34,758 nucleotides of DNA from a virus (taxonomy: Duplodnaviria; Caudoviricetes). The position numbers were made by a program, and so were the translations under genes. Positions 8,920 to 17,381 of the stretch are shown piece by piece (position 1 is the first letter of the stretch; the number at the start of each line of letters is the position of its first letter). The notes under the pieces were generated by a model. The model saw nothing but the letters and a program-made list of their open reading frames with translations, was not told the DNA's origin and searched no databases. The stretch spans positions 1-34,758 of IMG/VR virus record IMGVR_UViG_3300044448_006145; one strand, 5' to 3'.

Positions 8920-9310
8920 CCCCATGGGGCGCAATAATCCCATGGGGCGCGTGGGGCGCAATAATCCTTGTACTACTCAGCTACCCTATAAAAAAAAATA
9001 ATTACGTATTTATACCCTATATTTTTTTTATATAGCTGCTGAGCAGTTTTTCTATATTATTGGACCCTTTGCACCCCAAAGAGTAATAAAGATAATAAAA
9101 ACAGTAACTTATGCTTGGGGCGCAATATGGGGCGCAATAATTTTGGGGCGCGATTATTGCGCCCCAACTTATATACAGTATGGTTGTATATACAGCCTTA
9201 TGATCAAAATTTATACAACTGTTTAAATTTTGATCATACTGTATATTTGTATAGTGTATAATGTGGGGCGCAATGTGGGGCGCGAAAAGCCTATTGCGCC
9301 CCAAATCTTT
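8920..9310. other. Putative replication origin (iterons, AT-rich tract, nested inverted repeats)
   Basis: Ten TGGGGCGC copies (8 plus, 2 minus); A/T tracts at 8984-9035; 15-bp inverted repeat 9199-9213/9224-9238; directly downstream of the primase-helicase. Confidence 0.7.
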
Positions 9311-9326
9311 TAAGATCAAAAAGTAA

Positions 9327-11729
9327 TCAAAAAGGGGCAAAGTGCGGGTCATCGTGGAACCCCTTGGAACGCTCGATAGCGACGCTTTGATCAAAACCGC
9401 GCCGGTACCATATGTAATGATTGCGCCTATCCTTTTTGATTTTTACGCGCCGCTGGTCGATCTGTACATATCCCATATCTAGTAAGATCGCGCTAATTGT
9501 GCGTGTTTTAGGTAGCTCGCTATCACCCATCTTGCACATTTCATTAAGCCATGTAACATCCAGTATATCTCCATTGATCACGCAACACTCATGTTCTGCT
9601 ATCGCATCCTCTAGTAGCTGCCTATCTGGGCTTACAGATAGGTTGATCATTGCTTGCCTCGCCTTGGTTTCAGGCGCTCGACCTCGCGGTGAAAAATTGC
9701 ACGATACCTGGCGATTTTTTAAATACCACGCCAACTCGCCCGCCCCACGCTCGCTATTGATATCGCCGAAAAGATCGTCAAAATAGCGCTCGTTACCTTC
9801 TTTCCCACCCATCACATCGTACAACTGACCTTCGCTCTGCACGTCCGAGTACAACACACAATATCTTCTATCGCCCACGCCAATAGGTATAGCGTCGGCG
9901 TGGTTAGTTAGCAAAAAATATGATGAAAAATTGGGCACTGTTCTATGGTCCCGCCCTTTTTCCTCTATAGAAACCGTCTCATTAGTTAAAAAGGGTTTCA
10001 TTCTGTCTAAAATTTCATACTTATTAGTTCCACTGATCCGAATCTCTTCTATAGCTACAACAGTGGAGCCATGCGCCCATCCTGTAAACCTACCGGCTAT
10101 CGAACTAGGGTCCAAATTCGATACGTTACGACCAAGCACCGCTTGTAAAACATTAACAAAATAGGTTTTGCCTGTACCCTGAGCACCCTGGAGCAACAAC
10201 GCCCAATTAACGCGCTGCCCTGGGTTTTGACAAACAAAACACATCCAATCCAACAGAATTTCTCTTTCTCGTTCGTCCGGCAACACCAATGCAACATGCT
10301 GTAAAAACCGATTGATAACTCCCGATCCCTCTACCGGCACCAGTGGCTTAACCCCTCGATCGACGTGCGTATTTAGCATCGCCTTTCCTTCGTGCTCAAA
10401 CAATCTACTGGCACCAGGCCAATACATAACATCAACAACAGTCTTTATTTTAACGGCGTTCAACGCATACTGGGATGCACTCATCTCTGCGGTTACGCAC
10501 TCACCCTCACGGTCAAATTTAGCGTTAAAAGCTTCGCGCTTAATCGCGTAATCTAAACGTGTGTTGACAAATTCCATTGTTGTTTCACAGTAAACCCAAT
10601 CTTCTAACCAGCTAGGCCCGTCAATTGTCGCGTTGACATCTCGCGGCTTCTTTCGCGGCGCTAGCGCCTTTTTTATATCCCCTTTGGTAATCCCGACCTC
10701 TTTACCAAAGCCATTGGCTATACGTGCGGCCAACATAGCACGCTGGTCGTCCTGTAGTATCGCGCCAGACATTGCCGCCACGCGCTCTTTATAGTCGCTA
10801 TACTGGTCTAGCGTTTCGACACTGTTAGCACCTTCTAGCAGTGCCTCGAAGCTACCCGAAGCCGCGAAACCGCCGGCCTCTTTTGCCGCGTAAATAACCG
10901 AAGCAAAAGTCACAACAGCATTTGATCGGCCAAAAGAACGCCACTTCGTGCTAATGGCCGCCGCGTCGTAGCGCTGCGCGTCATCTGAACTCCACTGGTC
11001 CCAAATCGCTAGGCCTTCATCGCTGCCGCCGAACTGGTGATGTAAAGCCGCGCCAACCATAACCCATTGGTTATAATCTGTGCCGCTGGCGGGGAAAGCA
11101 GATAAATAACCATCGATCTCAGACTGATCAATTTCAAGCGGCGCTTCAGATAGCATTGTTTCCAAGTCGTCGGCCTCATCAACCACTACTGGGAACGAGC
11201 TAAGGTACTGCCCGACATCAACCGGCCCCCCTTCTTGCACTATCGACCACGCCATGCTTAAGTCTCGGCACGTAGGCGCAAACATAGCCTGATTAGGCTT
11301 AAAAGAACACTCATCGAGTGGTAGCGCCACCCCCTCACCAAACTTGCGCGATAGACGCCGGTATTCATCTGGGGTAACCTCCCTTGATAATGGCATAACC
11401 ACCCTCACCGACGAACGCCCCCCGACACCGTGTGAGTACGTGCTATACGCTACGAACGCGCCATCAATGCTCATCATCAATGACAATTCGATCTCATCAA
11501 CCGTTAACGCCACTTTATCGACGTCCAGTGAAAGCACGCTCATAGCTTGCAAATCGACCTCTTTACGCTGAGCGCCCGAAAAATACCCACCTACAAAGTA
11601 CGCGCCGCCTTTTTGATCAACCTGCTTGTGTGTGCTCAAATTACGTGCGAGTTTTCCCCAATCAGTCACCAGCTTTTTAACAGTCCCGAATTCTGTTCCG
11701 GTTGAAATTGTTATCTTTTGTTTATTCAT
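9327..11729 (-). CDS. Primase-helicase (PriCT-2 plus SF3/D5-like, DUF5906-type NTPase)
   Basis: LSLDVD and YSTYSH..RVVMPLSREV primase motifs; YNQWVMVGAALH..WDQWS PriCT-2; GAQGTGKT Walker A; VAIEE Walker B; LLTNH motif C. Confidence 0.9.
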   Translation of the reverse strand: MNKQKITISTGTEFGTVKKLVTDWGKLARNLSTHKQVDQKGGAYFVGGYFSGAQRKEVDLQAMSVLSLDVDKVALTVDEIELSLMMSIDGAFVAYSTYSHGVGGRSSVRVVMPLSREVTPDEYRRLSRKFGEGVALPLDECSFKPNQAMFAPTCRDLSMAWSIVQEGGPVDVGQYLSSFPVVVDEADDLETMLSEAPLEIDQSEIDGYLSAFPASGTDYNQWVMVGAALHHQFGGSDEGLAIWDQWSSDDAQRYDAAAISTKWRSFGRSNAVVTFASVIYAAKEAGGFAASGSFEALLEGANSVETLDQYSDYKERVAAMSGAILQDDQRAMLAARIANGFGKEVGITKGDIKKALAPRKKPRDVNATIDGPSWLEDWVYCETTMEFVNTRLDYAIKREAFNAKFDREGECVTAEMSASQYALNAVKIKTVVDVMYWPGASRLFEHEGKAMLNTHVDRGVKPLVPVEGSGVINRFLQHVALVLPDEREREILLDWMCFVCQNPGQRVNWALLLQGAQGTGKTYFVNVLQAVLGRNVSNLDPSSIAGRFTGWAHGSTVVAIEEIRISGTNKYEILDRMKPFLTNETVSIEEKGRDHRTVPNFSSYFLLTNHADAIPIGVGDRRYCVLYSDVQSEGQLYDVMGGKEGNERYFDDLFGDINSERGAGELAWYLKNRQVSCNFSPRGRAPETKARQAMINLSVSPDRQLLEDAIAEHECCVINGDILDVTWLNEMCKMGDSELPKTRTISAILLDMGYVQIDQRRVKIKKDRRNHYIWYRRGFDQSVAIERSKGFHDDPHFAPF

Positions 11730-11925
11730 CTATTGTCCCTCTATCGTCGTTTAGTTTTACAATTTCCCGCGCTTTGAACCTCCCACACGTCATAAGCTCT
11801 ATCTGTATCGCTCTACCAGGGGGAACCCCTTTCGTAATCCACTGGCTAACTGCCGGTTGGCTAACACCTAATGCCTCGGCCAATCTGCTGACACTCCCAA
11901 AATAATCAATAATCTCTGAAATCAT
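11722..11925 (-). CDS. Cro/YdaS-like HTH regulator
   Basis: ATG 11925 with SD GGAGG; IIDYFGSVSRLAEALGVSQPAVSQW..VPPGRAIQIE. Confidence 0.88.
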   Translation of the reverse strand: MISEIIDYFGSVSRLAEALGVSQPAVSQWITKGVPPGRAIQIELMTCGRFKAREIVKLNDDRGTIDE

Positions 11926-11927
11926 AC

Positions 11928-11956
11928 TTGTCGCCTCCGAATTCTTGATATAGTAT
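11928..11956 (+). promoter_or_regulatory. Putative rightward promoter of the replication operon
   Basis: TTGTCG-17 nt-TAGTAT in the 65-bp divergent gap. Confidence 0.45.
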
Positions 11957-11969
11957 AAGCATAACTTAT
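11955..11969. promoter_or_regulatory. Palindromic operator ATAAG-N5-CTTAT, copy 2
   Basis: Identical to 8859-8873; lies in the divergent gap upstream of the Cro-like gene. Confidence 0.65.
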
Positions 11970-11990
11970 ACAACAAACGAGGAAAAATCA

Positions 11991-12443
11991 ATGTTGGAAA
12001 ATGAAATTAAGTCGTTAACGGTTGCAATCGAAAGAATGAACCTTAATGTTGAGGTTTTGAATCTCAACTTAGAATCCCTTGGCTATGCCAAGGCCAAGGC
12101 TAAGGCAGTTGAGCCAGACGAACCTAAAGCTGAACCTAAAACCGAACCTAAAACCGAACCTAAAACCGAACCTAAAGCTGAACCTAAAGCTGAACCTAAA
12201 GCTGAACCTAAAACCGAACCTAAAACCGAACCTAAAGCTGAACCTAAAACCGAACCTAAAGCTGAATCGCTTAGCTTAGATGAGCTACAACGCTATGTCC
12301 TTGAAATTGTACGCGAAAACCGCCACCTAAAAGACGATATTAAACGGCTATTGCAGGCATCGGGAGCAAGGTTTATGCATGAAGTGCCGCTTGAAAAGGT
12401 TGCGAACTTAAAAGCGCAAATCGAAAAATTGGTAATTGGGTAA
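11991..12443 (+). CDS. Phage protein with (A/T)EPK linker (type usually found upstream of DUF2800)
   Basis: SD GAGG; N-terminal helix, low-complexity linker and C-terminal helical domain IKRLLQASGA. Confidence 0.8.
   Translation: MLENEIKSLTVAIERMNLNVEVLNLNLESLGYAKAKAKAVEPDEPKAEPKTEPKTEPKTEPKAEPKAEPKAEPKTEPKTEPKAEPKTEPKAESLSLDELQRYVLEIVRENRHLKDDIKRLLQASGARFMHEVPLEKVANLKAQIEKLVIG
12120..12263 (+). repeat. 12-bp tandem repeat x12, two variants
   Basis: GAACCTAAA(GCT/ACC) with no synonymous drift. Confidence 0.95.
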
Positions 12444-12473
12444 TTGGGTAATTGGGTAATTGGGTAATTGGGT
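12434..12473 (+). repeat. 8-bp tandem repeat x5 (G-quadruplex-type motif)
   Basis: AATTGGGT x5 followed by AAGGGG. Confidence 0.95.
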
Positions 12474-12486
12474 AAGGGGCTATAAA

Positions 12487-13275
12487 ATGACTAAAGACGA
12501 ATTGGAAAAAATATTAAAATTACATCGAAATTTTTTAGCTGGCAATGGTGGATCAAAAGCTAACTTAATAGGCGCTAACTTGGAGTACGCTAACTTGAGA
12601 CGCGCTAACTTGGAGGACGCTAACTTAAGAGACGCGTACTTAAGAGGCGCTAACTTGGAGGGCGCTAACTTGGAGGGCGCTAACTTGATGGGCGCTAACT
12701 TGAGAGGCGCTAACTTGAGAGGCGCTAACTTGGATGCCGCGTGCTTAATAGGCGCTAACTTGGAGGGCGCTAACTTGATAGGCGCTAACTTGATAGGCGC
12801 TAACTTGACAGGCGCTAACTTGGAAGGCGCTGACTTGGAGGGCGCTAACTTGGAGTACGCTAACTTGAGACGCGCTAACTTGAAGGGCGCTAACTTGAGA
12901 GGCGCTTACTTGGAGGGCACATACTTGAGCGGCGCTGACTTGAGCGGCGCTAACTTGATGGGCGCTAACTTGAGACGCGCTAACTTGATGGGCGCTAACT
13001 TGAGAGGCGCTAACTTGAGAGGCGCTAACTTAAGAGGCGCTAACTTAAGAGGCGCTAACTTGAGAGGCGCTTACTTGATAGGCACTAACTTGGAGGGCAC
13101 ATACTTGAGCGGCGCTAACTTGGAGGGCGCTAACTTGGAGGGCGCTAACTTAAGAGGCGCTAACTTAAGAGGCGCTAACTTAAGAGGCGCTAACTTGGAG
13201 GGCGCTAACTTGGAGGGCACATACTTGAGAGGCGCTAACTTGGAAGAAGCTAACTTGGAAGGGGTTATAAGATGA
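12487..13275 (+). CDS. Pentapeptide-repeat protein, long (47 repeats)
   Basis: ATG 12487 with SD AAGGGG; 24-aa leader MTKDELEKILKLH, then A(N/Y/D)LxG x47. Confidence 0.92.
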   Translation: MTKDELEKILKLHRNFLAGNGGSKANLIGANLEYANLRRANLEDANLRDAYLRGANLEGANLEGANLMGANLRGANLRGANLDAACLIGANLEGANLIGANLIGANLTGANLEGADLEGANLEYANLRRANLKGANLRGAYLEGTYLSGADLSGANLMGANLRRANLMGANLRGANLRGANLRGANLRGANLRGAYLIGTNLEGTYLSGANLEGANLEGANLRGANLRGANLRGANLEGANLEGTYLRGANLEEANLEGVIR

Positions 13276-13550
13276 CTAAAGACGAATTGGAAAAAATCTT
13301 AAAATTGCATCTAGATTTTTTAGCTGGCAATGGTGGATCAAAAGCTAACTTAATAGGCGCTAACTTGAGAGGCGCTAACTTAATAGGCGCTAACTTGGAG
13401 TACGCTAACTTAAGAGACGCGTACTTAAGAGGCGCTAACTTGAGACGCGCTAACTTGGAGGGCGCTAACTTGGAGGGCGCTAACTTGAGAGGCGCTTACT
13501 TGGAGGGCACATACTTGAGCGGCGCTAACTTGATGGGGGTTATAGAATGA
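13272..13550 (+). CDS. Pentapeptide-repeat protein, short paralogue (13 repeats)
   Basis: Near-identical 24-aa leader; 13 pentapeptides; ATGA overlaps at both ends. Confidence 0.9.
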   Translation: MTKDELEKILKLHLDFLAGNGGSKANLIGANLRGANLIGANLEYANLRDAYLRGANLRRANLEGANLEGANLRGAYLEGTYLSGANLMGVIE

Positions 13551-14653
13551 CTAAACAACACGCGAAGCTAAGCGCTAGCGGCTCAAGTCGATGGATCGCT
13601 TGCCCTGGGTCTGTTAAAGCTGAGGAAGGGATTGAGGATAAAAGCAGTACTTTTGCAAATGAAGGGTCAGTGGCGCATGAGTTAGCTGAGCAGGCTTTAA
13701 CGCTTGGGCGGCCAGTGGGGGATTGGCTCGGAAAAACTTTTAAGAAATGGCCAGAAATAAAAGTCGATCAAGAAATGGTCGATTCTGTGAGTATTTACTG
13801 TGATTTCGTCCGATCAATTGAAGGCCATCGACTCATCGAACAAAAAGTTGATTTCAGTGACTGGGTGCCTGAGGGTTTCGGCACTAGCGATGCAATAGTA
13901 ATCGATGATAACACGCTGCACGTCATAGACCTTAAGTATGGTAAAGGTGTGGTAGTATCGCCAGAGAACAATTCTCAGGCGATGCTATACGCACTCGGTG
14001 CTTACTCTTTTGCCTCAGGCCTATGCGACATAAATCAAATTGACATTACGATTGTTCAGCCACGCTTAGATCATATCGAGACTTGGTGCATTAGCGTGCC
14101 AGAGCTATTGAAGTTTGGCGCGATGGTTCAGCAGAAAGCGGAAGAAGCGCTAAAAGATGACGCCCCTCGCGTACCTGGGGAGTCTCAATGCCGCTGGTGC
14201 AAAGCGAAAGCAACCTGCCCCGCGCTAAAAAAACTAACTGATGATAGTGTGTTGTCACTATTCGATGATCCTTTGGACTCACTCGGCGACGACGAATTAG
14301 GAACCGCTTTAAACAATAAAAAGCTGATCATCGGTTGGTTGGATGCCGTAGAAGATTTGATTAAGCAGCGTTTAACTGATGGTGAGGGGTTCCCTGGATA
14401 TAAACTGGTGGCTGGCCGCTCGTCGAGGTCATGGATTAACCAAGATATAGCGGAAAAAAAGTTGTCGGATCTGCTCGGTGAAGATGCTTTTATAACAAAG
14501 CTGGTGACACCTCCGCAAGCGGAAAAAAGACTGGGTAAAGAAAAAGCTAAGTCCATTAGTGATCTGATAGTAAAAGGCACTGGCAAACCAACACTGGTAC
14601 CAGAATCAGACAAACGCCCATCTATAAACATAACCAAAGAGGATTTCGACTAG
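13547..14653 (+). CDS. DUF2800 Cas4/RecB-like PD-(D/E)xK nuclease
   Basis: HAKLSASGSSRWIACPGS, EGSVAHELAE, FGTSDA, DLKYGKG, QAMLYALG, CRWCKAKATCPA. Confidence 0.9.
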   Translation: MTKQHAKLSASGSSRWIACPGSVKAEEGIEDKSSTFANEGSVAHELAEQALTLGRPVGDWLGKTFKKWPEIKVDQEMVDSVSIYCDFVRSIEGHRLIEQKVDFSDWVPEGFGTSDAIVIDDNTLHVIDLKYGKGVVVSPENNSQAMLYALGAYSFASGLCDINQIDITIVQPRLDHIETWCISVPELLKFGAMVQQKAEEALKDDAPRVPGESQCRWCKAKATCPALKKLTDDSVLSLFDDPLDSLGDDELGTALNNKKLIIGWLDAVEDLIKQRLTDGEGFPGYKLVAGRSSRSWINQDIAEKKLSDLLGEDAFITKLVTPPQAEKRLGKEKAKSISDLIVKGTGKPTLVPESDKRPSINITKEDFD

Positions 14654-14877
14654 TGAGCAACGGCACGTTATTTGATTGTGTGTTAGATATGGCGCTAGCC
14701 ACGTATTTAAACGATCAGCCTACAAAGCAAGTTAAACGTATAGCTAAGAAGCACTTAAAATCAGCTCGCGGGAAAAGCGCAACGGCAAGCTACGCACTGG
14801 AAAAAATAATTTTTTCTTCCAACCCCGTGGGCGTTGTTCGTTTAGCACACAACGAACTGGAAAAAGACAAATTGTAG
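14653..14877 (+). CDS. Hypothetical protein
   Basis: 74 aa, GTG start coupled to the upstream stop. Confidence 0.6.
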   Translation: MSNGTLFDCVLDMALATYLNDQPTKQVKRIAKKHLKSARGKSATASYALEKIIFSSNPVGVVRLAHNELEKDKL

Positions 14878-14886
14878 CTTTAAAGC

Positions 14887-14914
14887 TTGTCAAATGTGAA
14901 AACCTATATATAAT
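14887..14914 (+). promoter_or_regulatory. Sigma70-like promoter for the SSB gene
   Basis: TTGTCA-16 nt-TATAAT in the intergenic gap. Confidence 0.6.
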
Positions 14915-14971
14915 TGATCTTATCGGTAAAACGATATTAAATAAACTTTGAACTGAAAAGGTGATTTAGCA

Positions 14972-15496
14972 ATGAAAATCAAATTGAAAAACGTACGTTT
15001 ATCCTTTCCCTCAGTATTCCGCAAAGCAGTTTTTGATGGTGTGGAAACTAAATACGAGGCAACTTTTTTACTATGTAAAGAATCCCACGGGGAATTGATA
15101 AAACAGATAAAATCAGATATATCACAGCGAATAAAAAACGATCTGAAAGGTGTAAAGCTTTCTCCCGATAGGATATGTCTAAAAGATGGTGACGATTTTG
15201 AATACGCAGGTTATGCCGGTTGTATGAGCCTAAAGGCGTCTAACAACAAGCGACCCATGCTTATTGACCGAGACAAATCACAGCTAAGCGAAGAAGATGA
15301 AAAGCTTTACGCTGGCGCATATGTAAACGCAGTGGTCGAACTTTGGGTTCAAAATAACGGATACGGCAAGCGTATTAACGCCAACCTCTTAGGCGTGCAG
15401 TTCTTTAAAGATGGCGAGCCATTCGCCGATGGGGTTACAGCCTCACAAGACGATTTCGACGCTTTCGACGACGACGACGACGACTTTTTTTCTTAA
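14972..15496 (+). CDS. DUF2815 ssDNA-binding protein (gp2.5-like)
   Basis: NVRLSFP, LKDGD, LYAGAYVNA, LLGVQFFKDGEPF and acidic tail DDDDDDFFS. Confidence 0.9.
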   Translation: MKIKLKNVRLSFPSVFRKAVFDGVETKYEATFLLCKESHGELIKQIKSDISQRIKNDLKGVKLSPDRICLKDGDDFEYAGYAGCMSLKASNNKRPMLIDRDKSQLSEEDEKLYAGAYVNAVVELWVQNNGYGKRINANLLGVQFFKDGEPFADGVTASQDDFDAFDDDDDDFFS

Positions 15497-15509
15497 TTTC
15501 CCTACCCTC

Positions 15510-15534
15510 GGCACCCTTCTGGGTGCCTTTTTTT
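15510..15534 (+). terminator. Rho-independent terminator between SSB and polymerase
   Basis: GGCACCC-TTCT-GGGTGCC followed by T7. Confidence 0.85.
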
Positions 15535-15538
15535 CATG

Positions 15539-15562
15539 TAAACTTAAACTTAAACTTAAACT
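15539..15562 (+). repeat. 6-bp tandem repeat x4
   Basis: TAAACT x4 just upstream of the polymerase SD. Confidence 0.85.
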
Positions 15563-15578
15563 TGAAAGGGCTACTCCC

Positions 15579-17381
15579 ATGAGCGAGTTTATTATCGACG
15601 TTGAATGCTATAAAAACTATTTCCTCCTTGGCATTCGTAACGCCACTACCAACGAAACTTATTTTGTGGAAATGACTAATGACGCGGAACCTACCGTTGC
15701 CCGCAACAAGGTAATGTCGCTAATGGTTAAGAATACTACAATCAGTTTTAACGGTTTAAATTATGACCTACTTATAATATCAGCCTTTATTGCTGGCGCG
15801 TCAAACGCCGAATTGAAAGCGCTATCTGATAAGATAATTACCAGTAAAACACCTACCTGGCAGATCTTAAAAACTGAGAAAGTCACGATCCCAAAAAGCT
15901 GGGATCATATCGACTTAATTGAAGTTGCTCCAGGTAAAGCAAGCCTTAAAATCTACGGCGGTAGAATGGGCACCAAGACAATACAAGATCTACCTATTGA
16001 ATCCGACGCGACTATAAGCGAGCGAGAAGCGGAAAAGCTGCGGCACTATTGCATCGAGGATGACACTAGGGTAACACTGGAGTTATACAACAGTCTGAAA
16101 AAACAAGTTGAATTGCGCCGCTCAATGTCCGAACAATACAACATTGATTTGCGTAGCAAGTCTGATGCTCAAATTGCCGAGTCGGTCATTAAATCCGAGT
16201 ACAAAAAAATAACGGGCGAGACAGCGTACAGGCCCGTTATAAGCCAAGAAGTCTTCCGCTATAAAAACCCCAAAATAATTGATTTTACCTCGCCAGCATT
16301 AAAAACGGTTTTTAATAAAATCCTAGAAACTGAGTTTTATTTGGCCGCCAACGGTTCAGTGAAGTTGCCCGACTGGCTGAAAAGCGAACCTATCATGGTT
16401 TCGGGCGTAGCTTATCAAATGGGTATAGGTGGACTGCATTCGTGCGAAAAAAAGCAATACATTAACGTGGAAGGCACCGACAATCAGCTTGTGGATTATG
16501 ATGTGGCCTCATACTACCCGAACATAATATTACAACAAAAACTAGCCCCACGATCTATGGGTGAACCCTTTTTGAGGGTGTACCAGAGCATTGTGGAGCG
16601 AAGACTAGAAGCGAAACGGGTAGGCGATAAGGTGACCGCAGACACGCTTAAAATATGCGTCAATGGTAGTTTCGGAAAGCTTGGCTCCAAGTGGTCGGCA
16701 CTCTATTCACCTGAGCTGCTTATTCAGACAACCATTACCGGCCAATTAGCGCTTTTAATGCTAATCGAACGGTTGAACGAACGCGGGATTCATGTTGTTA
16801 GCGCTAACACGGACGGTATTGTTACGTATTGTGATAAGTCGCTTGACTCCGTGTTGCGTGAGGTTGCGTTTGAATGGATGTTAGACACGTCATATGAACT
16901 GGAAAGAACTGAATACTTACGTTTAGCTAGTCGTGATGTTAACAACTACGTGGCGGTTAAGACTGATAAATCACACAAAGGTAAGGGCGTTTTTGCTCCT
17001 ACTGGGCTAATGAAAAATCCTGATACGCCGATAATCCCAAAAGCCGTAGGGGTGTTTATCGCCACTGGTGAGCCAATAGAAAAAACAATACGCGGTTGTC
17101 AAGACATTTCCGAATTTTGCACTGTTAGACGCGTTACGGGCGGTGCTGTCTGGCGTGATAGCTATTTGGGTAAAGCGGTTAGGTTTTATTATTCTGATCG
17201 GGTAGGCAAAGATGAAAACATTGCCTACAAAAAAAATAGCAATAAGGTTTCTAAGTCGGACGGCGCAAGGCCAGCTATGACGCTGCCACAATCTATGCCG
17301 AACGATGTTGATTTTTACCGCTATATTGATTCCGCTAAAAAATTATTAAGTGAGGTAGGTCATGCTCGAAAAGACGATTGA
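15579..17381 (+). CDS. Family B DNA polymerase with 3'-5' exonuclease
   Basis: ATG 15579 with SD GAAAGGG; Exo motifs DVE, NGLNYD, YCIED; Pol motifs DVASYYP, KICVNGSFGK, ANTDG. Confidence 0.9.
   Translation: MSEFIIDVECYKNYFLLGIRNATTNETYFVEMTNDAEPTVARNKVMSLMVKNTTISFNGLNYDLLIISAFIAGASNAELKALSDKIITSKTPTWQILKTEKVTIPKSWDHIDLIEVAPGKASLKIYGGRMGTKTIQDLPIESDATISEREAEKLRHYCIEDDTRVTLELYNSLKKQVELRRSMSEQYNIDLRSKSDAQIAESVIKSEYKKITGETAYRPVISQEVFRYKNPKIIDFTSPALKTVFNKILETEFYLAANGSVKLPDWLKSEPIMVSGVAYQMGIGGLHSCEKKQYINVEGTDNQLVDYDVASYYPNIILQQKLAPRSMGEPFLRVYQSIVERRLEAKRVGDKVTADTLKICVNGSFGKLGSKWSALYSPELLIQTTITGQLALLMLIERLNERGIHVVSANTDGIVTYCDKSLDSVLREVAFEWMLDTSYELERTEYLRLASRDVNNYVAVKTDKSHKGKGVFAPTGLMKNPDTPIIPKAVGVFIATGEPIEKTIRGCQDISEFCTVRRVTGGAVWRDSYLGKAVRFYYSDRVGKDENIAYKKNSNKVSKSDGARPAMTLPQSMPNDVDFYRYIDSAKKLLSEVGHARKDD

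Noticed and set aside
9017-9394. 125-aa ORF across the origin region
   Set aside because: Composition reflects iterons and AT tracts; overlaps the primase 3' end; probably non-coding
12079-12279. (NLKL/NLKP)n alternative-frame ORF
   Set aside because: Shadow frame of the 12-bp EPK repeat
12487-13550. Diversity-generating retroelement TR/VR pair
   Set aside because: No reverse transcriptase in the genome; differences are repeat-number and block shuffling, not adenine-specific
15411-15578. N-terminal extension of the polymerase in the ORF track
   Set aside because: Overlaps SSB and a terminator; SD and Exo I position support ATG 15579
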